The notes beneath the pieces were generated by a model. That model saw nothing but the letters and a program-made list of their open reading frames with translations. It was not told where the DNA came from and did not search any database. Both the position numbers and the translations under genes were made by a program. 64,000 bases of DNA from Methanobacteriota archaeon (GTDB lineage Archaea > Thermoplasmatota > Poseidoniia > Poseidoniales > Thalassarchaeaceae), in NCBI GenBank assembly GCA_011523055.1, contig WTHQ01000019.1, positions 25,282 to 89,281 of the forward strand, in the 5' to 3' direction. Below, one piece after another: positions 56,583 through 64,000 of the stretch; positions within the stretch are counted from its first letter, which is position 1, and each line of letters opens with the position of its first letter.

Positions 56583-57745
56583 TGAGCAGCCCGATACTAG
56601 ACCTTAGCCCGGAAATCAGAGTCGTGGGAACAGCACACGTAAGTAAAAAATCAATACAGTTGGTTGAGGAGCAAATCTCGGAATTCAAACCGGATGTAGT
56701 CGCAGTAGAGCTCTGTAGCTCAAGATTATCCTCATTGAAAAATCCAACTGCTTTGGATGATGAGGATCTGTTGTCTATAATTAAGGACGGGAGGTCAGGG
56801 ATGATATTGCTCCAATCTGCCCTCGCCGGTCAGCAGAGAAGAATGGGCATCGACCATGGAGAGAAACCAGGAGCCGAGTTGCTTGCAGCTATCGATATTG
56901 CCCAAGAGGATGCTATCCCTGTCGAGTTGATAGACAGGGACATTGTAACGACGCTCAAAAGGTCTTGGAAAAAAATGGGCATCCTAGAGAAATTCAGAGT
57001 TCTGAACGCACTACTGTGGGAGAATGATTCAGAAGATCCCGAGGATGTAGAAGCCCTCTTGGAAGACTCGGACATGCTTACCAGAGTCCTAGAAGAGGCG
57101 CGAGTCGTCGCACCCAATGCAGGCTCCGTGTTAATCGATGAGCGAGACAGATATATGGCGAACAAAATCAACATGCTATCCAATCGGGGACGGATATTGG
57201 CAGTGGTCGGAGCAGGTCATCTCAAAGGAATAGAGAGGGAATGGGAGACAACACGGGAAAAGGACTCTGAACAGGTAATTTCAGACCTTGAAAGAATCCC
57301 GAAACCAGCAAGATGGCCAAAATTGGTCGTAGGACTGATTCCTGCCATGCTTATAGGCATTTTAGGATGGATGTGGTATAATGGAGATCTTTCGGGTATC
57401 GAGGACACACTAGGGTATTGGATGGTTGCCAATGCTGCATTGGCTGGACTGGGGGTTGCTGTAGCAGGTGGGCATCCGGCCTCAATCATGGTTGGGGCCA
57501 TCGTTTCTCCATTTACGTCATTAAATCCTGCATTAGCAGCCGGTTGGTTTGCTGGTTACACCCAATACAAACTGCAAGGACCGACGGGGTTGGATGCGAG
57601 GGAGTTCCTATTGGTAGAGGACATCAAAAGCCTGTGGAAGAACCGTGTAGGTAGGATCCTCCTTGTCACTGCCTTTGGAAACCTCGGCTCCTCGTTGGGC
57701 GCTTGGTTGGCAGGTGCCGCGATACTGGGATCCGTGTTGGGCTAG
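56582..57745 (+). CDS. TraB/PrgY/GumN-family protein
   Basis: IRVVGTAHVSKKSIQLVEEQISEFKPDVVAVELC and GAGHL motifs typical of the TraB family. Two C-terminal TM helices. Confidence 0.75.
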   Translation: MSSPILDLSPEIRVVGTAHVSKKSIQLVEEQISEFKPDVVAVELCSSRLSSLKNPTALDDEDLLSIIKDGRSGMILLQSALAGQQRRMGIDHGEKPGAELLAAIDIAQEDAIPVELIDRDIVTTLKRSWKKMGILEKFRVLNALLWENDSEDPEDVEALLEDSDMLTRVLEEARVVAPNAGSVLIDERDRYMANKINMLSNRGRILAVVGAGHLKGIEREWETTREKDSEQVISDLERIPKPARWPKLVVGLIPAMLIGILGWMWYNGDLSGIEDTLGYWMVANAALAGLGVAVAGGHPASIMVGAIVSPFTSLNPALAAGWFAGYTQYKLQGPTGLDAREFLLVEDIKSLWKNRVGRILLVTAFGNLGSSLGAWLAGAAILGSVLG

Positions 57746-57999
57746 CCCGAGGGATTGTGAGTCATTCCCCAATCAAGGCGTGCCCAACTCCTCTCATGGA
57801 TGTAATACAAGAGCATCTTCGTCACTATCTCAAGACTAGCCACTGTTGCAGCCAATGAGGTTGCCTCTCCCCCTGAAATTCCCATATCGGCACCAATCCA
57901 CCTCGCAGCGAAGAACGTTAGTATGAACGTGTCAGTAGTGGCGATTAGCCTCCATGTCATCGTTTTCACAAAGCTTCGAGAGGGTTTGGCTTGGTCCAT
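57742..57999 (-). CDS. small membrane protein (DUF-type, 85 aa)
   Basis: Two TM helices. No functional motif recognised. Confidence 0.4.
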   Translation of the reverse strand: MDQAKPSRSFVKTMTWRLIATTDTFILTFFAARWIGADMGISGGEATSLAATVASLEIVTKMLLYYIHERSWARLDWGMTHNPSG

Positions 58000-58036
58000 G
58001 TTGGCTCACCAGGCCATTTGGATTTCTCTATTTCGG

Positions 58037-59275
58037 CTACATGGATTCAATCAGTACTGCGATCCCTTGCCCTCCGCCAATGCAAGCAGTAGCGATCCCG
58101 AGCCCTCCGCCAGACCTCTGGAGCTCCAACGCCAAAGTGTGGAGTAGCCTGGTGCCAGTAGCCGCCAGGGGATGGCCGAGCCCAACTGCGCCACCATTCA
58201 CATTCACGATTTCTTGATCTATACCGAGGTCCTTCATACAAGCAACTGCCTGGCCCGCGAATGCCTCGTTTATCTCCCATCGGGAAACGTCGCTTACGTT
58301 GAGGCCTGCCCTATCTAGCGCCATCCTGGAGGAGGGGACTGGCCCATATGCCATGATGGCTGGCTCTAGGCCTACAATACCCCATGACAGGATCCTTGCC
58401 AGCGGTTGATCACCGTCCAACTTGGCCTTTTCGTGCGACTTGATTACCAAGGCTGCAGCACCATCTACGATCCCAGATGCATTGCCCGCGGTGACCAGGG
58501 AGTCCGGGCCGAAGTGGGTTCGTAGGTTGGAAAGTGTCTGCTTCGTGGTGCCTGGGACAAAATGATCCTCGTCATCAGGACCAATAATCCTGTCACCCGC
58601 CTTCACTGGGACGATTTCCTCCATCCATGTTCCCTTTCTGATGCTCTCTTCTGTTCTTTGGTGGCTCAACGCAGCGAATGCGTCTGCTTGCTCGCGGGAT
58701 ACTCCAAGCCTCCTGCACAATTCATCGCTTGTCTGTGCCATGAATTTGTTTGATATAGAGTCTAATAGGTTGGTAAAAAGGTAGTCTTCCATGTCCTTTT
58801 CCAGTGTTTCTCCATTTTTTGGTGGTCGGCCGAGTCGATTTTTATGTCGAGTGCCCCTTAGGACCATGGGAGCCTGACTAAGGTTCTCCATGCCTCCTGC
58901 GACCACAGTCTGTGCCTCGCCAAGCATAATCATCTGGGCTGCTGAGACCACGGATTGAGCTCCACTGCCACATAGGCGGTTGAGAGTGAGCATAGGTGTC
59001 TCTTGAGGTATCCCCGCTCTGAGGCCTGCATGCCTCGCCCCGAAGATTGCTTGGCCAGAGGTCTGTAGTGCGTGGCCCATCACGACATGGTCTACTGATT
59101 TCGGATCTGTTCCTGTGGATTCAATAGCCCCCTTTATGACCTCAGTCCCGAGATCCTCAGCAGATAGTTCGGCGAGAAGTCCCCCTTTCTCACCATCGCC
59201 TCTTTTCCCCCCAGACCATTCGCAAAAGGGGGTTCTTTTTCCACCGATGATTACAACTTCGTTGGCCATGAGCAT
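58037..59275 (-). CDS. acetyl-CoA C-acetyltransferase (thiolase)
   Basis: N-terminal VVIIGGKRTPF. Active-site Cys region LNRLCGSG. C-terminal GLGIATACIGGGQGIA. Start set at MLMANEVV. Confidence 0.85.
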   Translation of the reverse strand: MLMANEVVIIGGKRTPFCEWSGGKRGDGEKGGLLAELSAEDLGTEVIKGAIESTGTDPKSVDHVVMGHALQTSGQAIFGARHAGLRAGIPQETPMLTLNRLCGSGAQSVVSAAQMIMLGEAQTVVAGGMENLSQAPMVLRGTRHKNRLGRPPKNGETLEKDMEDYLFTNLLDSISNKFMAQTSDELCRRLGVSREQADAFAALSHQRTEESIRKGTWMEEIVPVKAGDRIIGPDDEDHFVPGTTKQTLSNLRTHFGPDSLVTAGNASGIVDGAAALVIKSHEKAKLDGDQPLARILSWGIVGLEPAIMAYGPVPSSRMALDRAGLNVSDVSRWEINEAFAGQAVACMKDLGIDQEIVNVNGGAVGLGHPLAATGTRLLHTLALELQRSGGGLGIATACIGGGQGIAVLIESM

Positions 59276-59289
59276 CGGAAAATGTCCGG

Positions 59290-60273
59290 CTACATGAGGA
59301 TAACTAGAGCCGAGGCGGTCGCCGCCATCATGCAAATTGTGGAGATTGCCCCAACAGTCAATATGGGTCTCGACGCACTTAGAAGATCTTCAAATTGGAT
59401 GCTCATCCCAATCATCACAAGAATTGGAACCATCAATATGCTCCCAGAGTATTCCATTGGCTGTGAGAGTGATTCAGGCAGTAGAAAGGACGAGGCTACG
59501 GATGCTACAATGAACCCAGGAAGAAACATAGGGATCCTCGAGAGAGCTTTCGAAGTGTTTCCATCTATTTCTCCTGCCCTTGATGAAAAGGTGGCTGCTA
59601 ATGGTACGACGAGTAATAAGGCCAGCACCCTGGTCAGCTTCGTTCCAGATGCAAGCACTAGAGCATCTCCGCCCATTGCCTCGCCGGCTGCTATTGCCTG
59701 AGGGACTGCGTGGACGGTTGCGCCTGCCCATATCCCTGCTGCATCTGTGTGGAGCCCGATGACCCTAGCCATTATCGGAACCGAGAGGAAGGTGGCCAGA
59801 CCAAGTATGTTTACTACTGCTAGGATAGATCCAGTCTGTTTTGTAGAGAGTCGCAGACTAGGTGCTACGGCGAGCACCGCACTATTCCCACAAATTGCTC
59901 CACCGGCCCCTAGAGCGAAGGCTTCGATTCTGTCGATGCCAAGGGCTCTTGAAAGCAACATTGTGCATGTGAAGGCCGTAAAAATCGAGGTGGCAATTGT
60001 AACCAATCCTACGAAGCCGATGTGATCAGAGAATACGACCTTAATGTCCAAACCGAAACCGAGGAGTATGATCGCAAGGGGGAGTAAGGTATTGACCCAT
60101 ACTTTGTTGACGAGGGGGTCCATGTTCACTTTTTTTGAAATTAGTAGTCCGAACAAAAAACCCATTGTCCCGGTTCCAAATGACAGCAACCCTCGCGCGT
60201 TCAGAGCATAGTCAACAAAAATGGACAATAGGCTAATTGTCAGGACCGTTAAGATCCAAATCGATCTAGCCAA
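59290..60273 (-). CDS. polytopic membrane transporter (possibly UPF0324/YeiH-like)
   Basis: About 10 predicted TM helices. Family assignment is tentative and rests on size and topology only. Confidence 0.5.
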   Translation of the reverse strand: MARSIWILTVLTISLLSIFVDYALNARGLLSFGTGTMGFLFGLLISKKVNMDPLVNKVWVNTLLPLAIILLGFGLDIKVVFSDHIGFVGLVTIATSIFTAFTCTMLLSRALGIDRIEAFALGAGGAICGNSAVLAVAPSLRLSTKQTGSILAVVNILGLATFLSVPIMARVIGLHTDAAGIWAGATVHAVPQAIAAGEAMGGDALVLASGTKLTRVLALLLVVPLAATFSSRAGEIDGNTSKALSRIPMFLPGFIVASVASSFLLPESLSQPMEYSGSILMVPILVMIGMSIQFEDLLSASRPILTVGAISTICMMAATASALVILM

Positions 60274-60289
60274 CGGCTCACCGTTAGTA

Positions 60290-61780
60290 TTACTCTGGTT
60301 CTTCCTTATTCATGGTTCCCAAGAACTCGGGTAGATCCACGCCTGCATTTCTTGCCACGTCATGAAGTGGAGGGAGGCTTCTCACGAGGCTGCTGACGAA
60401 GTCAGAGGTTGCAGATCCATCAGCGGAACCACCTCCGTCCCACACGGTAATGCTGTCTATCTTGAGGTTCTTTATTGCCTCAACCTGCGCTGAAACCATC
60501 TCCTCGATCTTCTCGACCATCAAGAGAGTGGCTGCAGCCTTGGGGTCGCCACCGGTGCTGGTAACTAGGTTAGCGTAACCCTCCGCTTTAGCTTGCAACA
60601 CCTTCTGAACACCAGCGGCCTCGGCCTCGTATTGCATTAGGACGGCATCTGCCTGGCCAGCAGCTATTCTCCTTTGGCGCTCTGCCTCGGCTTCTGCGGC
60701 GATCTCGATCTGTTGTTTCTGAATGTTCTCCCTAACGATGTCGCTTGCCCGCAACCGTTCCTCTTCCTCTACATACTTCGATTTCTGGATCTCGGCCTCG
60801 GCTTGAGCCTTGGCAATCTCGGCTCTTTGCTTTGCTAGTGCCTCTGCTTCAGCTAGATCGGCATTAACCTTCGCGATCTGTGCTTGTGAGGAGTTCTCGC
60901 CCTCTACGGCGATGGCTTCTTGCTCATTTACGAAGACACGTTGGTCTGCCTCAGCCGCCTTCTTCCCCTTTTCTGCTTGGGCCATGTTTTCCGCAACTTG
61001 AATTTCCCTGGCCCTGTCGGCCTCTGCGGAACCCACGGCACCATCCCTCTCAGCGTTGGCAACGTCCACGCGGGCCCTCTCGACGGCCTCTGATGCGGCC
61101 TTCTTACCAATGCTCTCGATGTAATTGGATTCATCGGTTATGTCGACTATGTTGACGTTGATGAGGTACAAACCGACCTTGTTCAGCTCTGCGTCAACAT
61201 TTGTCCTGATGAGGTCAAGGAAGGCGTCCCTATCTTGGTTTATTTGCTCTATGGTGAGCGTCGCTACGGTAAGCCTCAACTGTCCGAATATTATCTCCTT
61301 GGCCATTTCCTCGACTTGGTCGAGATTGAGTTCCAGCAACCTTTCTGCAGCCGAGCTCATTATTCTGGGGTCGGTGGAGACACCGATTGTGAAGGTGCTT
61401 GGTACGTTTATCCTAATGTTCTGTTGGGAGAGAGCGTTCCTCATGTCTATATTGATGGTCATCGGTGTAAGTGAAATGTAGCTGTAATCCTGGATAAGTG
61501 GCCACACAAGTGTTGCTCCGCCGTGTATTACCTTGGAGGCTTCAGCGCCAGCGGTTCGGCCGTAGATGACCATGATTTTATCCGGAGGGCACCTCTTGTA
61601 ACGCTGGGCAAAGAAGATTACAACCGCAACAAGGAGGAGGATGCTCACGAACATTAGCACCCCAACAGCTGCAGCCGCACCCCCTCCATCGTCCTCCTGC
61701 GCAGAGACTACGGGGGCTAACAATATGGCGTTCAAAACAGCGAGGATGGTCGCGTGGCCTCGATGGGACATGGTGCCCAC
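60290..61780 (-). CDS. flotillin-like SPFH/band-7 protein
   Basis: N-terminal TM hairpin, SPFH domain, and a long Ala/Glu-rich coiled-coil flotillin region (AEAEALAKQRAEIAKAQAEAE). Confidence 0.8.
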   Translation of the reverse strand: MGTMSHRGHATILAVLNAILLAPVVSAQEDDGGGAAAAVGVLMFVSILLLVAVVIFFAQRYKRCPPDKIMVIYGRTAGAEASKVIHGGATLVWPLIQDYSYISLTPMTINIDMRNALSQQNIRINVPSTFTIGVSTDPRIMSSAAERLLELNLDQVEEMAKEIIFGQLRLTVATLTIEQINQDRDAFLDLIRTNVDAELNKVGLYLINVNIVDITDESNYIESIGKKAASEAVERARVDVANAERDGAVGSAEADRAREIQVAENMAQAEKGKKAAEADQRVFVNEQEAIAVEGENSSQAQIAKVNADLAEAEALAKQRAEIAKAQAEAEIQKSKYVEEEERLRASDIVRENIQKQQIEIAAEAEAERQRRIAAGQADAVLMQYEAEAAGVQKVLQAKAEGYANLVTSTGGDPKAAATLLMVEKIEEMVSAQVEAIKNLKIDSITVWDGGGSADGSATSDFVSSLVRSLPPLHDVARNAGVDLPEFLGTMNKEEPE

Positions 61781-61836
61781 TCGGCAATGGAGGATATGAA
61801 GCCTGTGCCGTCTTCTGGGTTTCTACTACGGGTAGA

Positions 61837-62445
61837 TCACTCTTCTTCGGGGGCGTACTTCATTGGCTCAACTATCAATATAGTTCCTACTACTGCCTTG
61901 ACCGTTACTGTTTCCTCATTGGCTATCATAGACCCGTCTACGGACTTAGCGTCGTATTGCCTTAGCGAGCCCTTGATGCTGACCGAGACCTGTCCGGTTC
62001 CGCCTTCCGGGATCCTTAGATATACTGTACCGCTTGTTCCCACCGCGTCGTCTATCTCGATTGTGCCCTCGGCTTGGAGGGCTATGAAGAATTGGAAGAC
62101 TTTGCCAGTCGCGAACATCGAGGCGCCACCAGAAATTCCGCCTACAATAATTGCGAGAACTTCAGGTCCACCGGACTGCATTACGATGATTCCAGTTAGT
62201 CCGAAAAACATCATGAAGGCCATTACGCCTTGGAAGGTAAGTGCCTTGAACGAGGCATCAGCCCCCATCGCATCGATGTCGACCCCAAAAACACCCTCTG
62301 CAATGTCACCTATCCCACCGAGGACGACCACTAAAACCAACCACAACAGGAAAAGAACTCCGCCGATGACAGCGGAGGCCCCGAACATTAGCTCAACTCC
62401 TGTGGCATCTAACAACCCGAACACAAAATCGATGATTCCAACCAT
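61837..62445 (-). CDS. NfeD-family membrane protein (flotillin-associated)
   Basis: Multi-TM N-terminal half plus C-terminal OB-fold-like soluble domain (GTVYLRIPEGGTGQVSVSIKG). Located immediately upstream of the flotillin gene, as in yuaF-yuaG. Confidence 0.7.
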   Translation of the reverse strand: MVGIIDFVFGLLDATGVELMFGASAVIGGVLFLLWLVLVVVLGGIGDIAEGVFGVDIDAMGADASFKALTFQGVMAFMMFFGLTGIIVMQSGGPEVLAIIVGGISGGASMFATGKVFQFFIALQAEGTIEIDDAVGTSGTVYLRIPEGGTGQVSVSIKGSLRQYDAKSVDGSMIANEETVTVKAVVGTILIVEPMKYAPEEE

Positions 62446-62489
62446 GGCAAGCCTAGGTGAGATTCACAGATAGTGCTGTCGATTGTTTT

Positions 62490-62747
62490 CTATCTTTTGA
62501 GCCAAATGCCGTACATCCTCTCGAGAGCCAGTATTGGGCCAACGCTCAAGCCAGTTGCCATTCCTGCAAAAACGATTGAAAATCCGTGATCAAACCATGT
62601 GTTGGCCAGAGAGTACGAGGAGAGGCACACTCCTGCAAGCAATATGGGTATCAGGACCCTTCTCAGGAAGATATAGTACCCCCCAAGCCCATCGAAGGCC
62701 GGGTTTCCCGTTACCTGATCGATGATCTTGCCAGCCTTGGTCATCAT
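62490..62747 (-). CDS. small membrane protein (85 aa)
   Basis: Two TM helices. In-line with the NfeD/flotillin genes. Confidence 0.4.
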   Translation of the reverse strand: MMTKAGKIIDQVTGNPAFDGLGGYYIFLRRVLIPILLAGVCLSSYSLANTWFDHGFSIVFAGMATGLSVGPILALERMYGIWLKR

Positions 62748-62753
62748 CGATCC

Positions 62754-63104
62754 TCACGATGAGATTATGCTACCCAATACATCCAAGGACCCGATGACCA
62801 TCAGGATTATCGGCACACTCCACCAACCTGCCCTATTCACAATTGTCCTGTCATCAACTCTTGTAATTCGTCCTTGATCGTCCCTATCCAGGCGCGTCTT
62901 TTCCAATTTTGAATAAGAATTGTCGAATTCTTTTTGATACTTCCCAACGGATGTGAGGAAGTAGATTGCCAACAGGGCAGTGGTTCCACCGGTCACACCG
63001 AAAATTTCGGCAACAGCATTGACACCCTGATCCTGTAAGTATTGCCAAAGCATTAGTTGGGCCACGGCTAGTAGCCCAATCATGACTGAGTCCGATCTTG
63101 CCAT
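62754..63104 (-). CDS. small membrane protein (116 aa)
   Basis: Three predicted TM helices. Separated by 6 nt from the next small ORF on the same strand. Confidence 0.4.
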   Translation of the reverse strand: MARSDSVMIGLLAVAQLMLWQYLQDQGVNAVAEIFGVTGGTTALLAIYFLTSVGKYQKEFDNSYSKLEKTRLDRDDQGRITRVDDRTIVNRAGWWSVPIILMVIGSLDVLGSIISS

Positions 63105-63151
63105 GTACCCAAGATGCAGTAACTATTGATCAAATCTTGCCCTTATTCCAC

Positions 63152-63607
63152 TCATCTGAGGTGCTTTGGTCTTCCGTTCCAAATCCCCCAAGTACCCTTC
63201 CCGATCGCGATTACTCTTTCCTCTTGATCCCTTATCTCCCCTTGAACATGCGCTATGGATCGACCTCTCCTGAGAACGGTCCCTGTGCAAATGAGTCCAC
63301 TATTCACCTTGGCAGCATTGATGTAGGATATGTCCAATTGAGCAGTCGCACACCACTCCTCCTCGCTCAATGAAGAGACTGTGGCCCCTCCCATCGCTGT
63401 ATCCAACAACGTCGCTTGTAGACCTCCATGAGCTACGCCACCCTTATTCAGGTGACTTTCGTCTACTTTGACCCCCACTGAGCATTTTCCATTTGACATG
63501 GAGATGAGCTCGATTCCGAGGGATTCCTGAAGTTTGCCGATGTGGGGAAATGACCGGGAGCCTTCACTTGCCATTGTCGATACGCCCCTTCCCACCGTTT
63601 TTTTCAT
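63152..63607 (-). CDS. PaaI-family hotdog-fold thioesterase
   Basis: [18 protein letters not shown] motif (HGG...D...G). Start is uncertain: Met at 63631, 63607 or 63574. Confidence 0.7.
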   Translation of the reverse strand: MKKTVGRGVSTMASEGSRSFPHIGKLQESLGIELISMSNGKCSVGVKVDESHLNKGGVAHGGLQATLLDTAMGGATVSSLSEEEWCATAQLDISYINAAKVNSGLICTGTVLRRGRSIAHVQGEIRDQEERVIAIGKGTWGIWNGRPKHLR

Positions 63608-64000
63608 GCCACTCCAGTTTGCACAGCCCATAATCGACTATACAGCCCAGATAGTTGTATCAATTCATCGTGGGAGCCCATCTCGGTTATTCCCCCTGAA
63701 TCCAGTACTGCGATTCTATCGGCATTACGAACCGTAGATAGCCTGTGCGCGATTATGATAGTTGTCCTGTTCTTAGAGAGTTTCTCTATCGATCTTTGCA
63801 GAGCTGCCTCTGTTTCGTTATCGACATTGCTGGTCGCTTCATCCAGCACGAGTATCGGGGCATCCTTCAGGACCGCTCTGGCGATCGCTAACCTCTGCCT
63901 CTGACCGCCTGACAGCCTGTGTCCGTCTTCTCCAACTTCCGTCTCCCAGCCATCGGGGAGGGTCCGTATGAACTCCATCGCCTCTGCTATGTTTGCTGAG
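63604..64000 (-). CDS. ABC transporter ATP-binding/permease protein, C-terminal part (gene continues past the window end)
   Basis: ABC signature [14 protein letters not shown]. Walker [11 protein letters not shown]-loop IIIAHRLST. The reading frame stays open to position 64000. Confidence 0.8.
   Translation of the reverse strand, partial: SANIAEAMEFIRTLPDGWETEVGEDGHRLSGGQRQRLAIARAVLKDAPILVLDEATSNVDNETEAALQRSIEKLSKNRTTIIIAHRLSTVRNADRIAVLDSGGITEMGSHDELIQLSGLYSRLWAVQTGVA

Noticed and set aside
1-64000. CRISPR arrays, transposases, integrases, rRNA genes
   Set aside because: I found no short regularly spaced direct repeats, no DDE/tyrosine-recombinase motifs in any frame I read, and no rRNA-like conserved stretches.

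Overview
This 64 kb window (GC roughly 50%) looks like it comes from an archaeon. I infer Thermoplasmatota, possibly Marine Group II (Poseidoniales), but I cannot verify this without a search. Several archaeal-type housekeeping genes point that way: class I lysyl-tRNA synthetase, aRF1, aIF2-beta, CDP-archaeol synthase CarS, aTrm56, an archaeal-type UMP kinase and a NOG1 GTPase. The right half (36-64 kb) is mostly ordinary housekeeping: argS, prf1, pyrH, dut, lysK, carAB, folP, thiolase, a flotillin-NfeD pair, peroxiredoxin and a PaaI thioesterase. The left half (3-36 kb) is dominated by an accessory cell-surface island. (1) A 1914-aa secreted protein built from about 18 bacterial-type thrombospondin type-3-like calcium-binding repeats. 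(2) A co-directional run on the minus strand encoding a 3124-aa protein, a membrane-anchored S8 subtilase, a 1415-aa beta-helix/Ig-like surface protein and an 841-aa wHTH-NTPase-TPR STAND-type regulator. The 3124-aa protein has an AglB/STT3 oligosaccharyltransferase core (WWDYG motif) embedded between an extra N-terminal membrane domain and a roughly 2000-aa Ig-like ectodomain ending in a C-terminal TM anchor. (3) Four hypothetical TM-anchored surface proteins flank a tRNA-Met(CAU). Other points of note are a membrane-anchored single-lobe transferrin-family protein whose Fe-ligand residues appear conserved, located next to a BNR/Asp-box beta-propeller protein; a pyroglutamyl-peptidase-NUDIX fusion; two small zinc-ribbon ORFs; and a PRTase-HTH (GfcR-like) regulator. 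I saw no CRISPR array, transposase, integrase or rRNA. All calls rest on reading the translated ORFs for motifs. No database searches were run.
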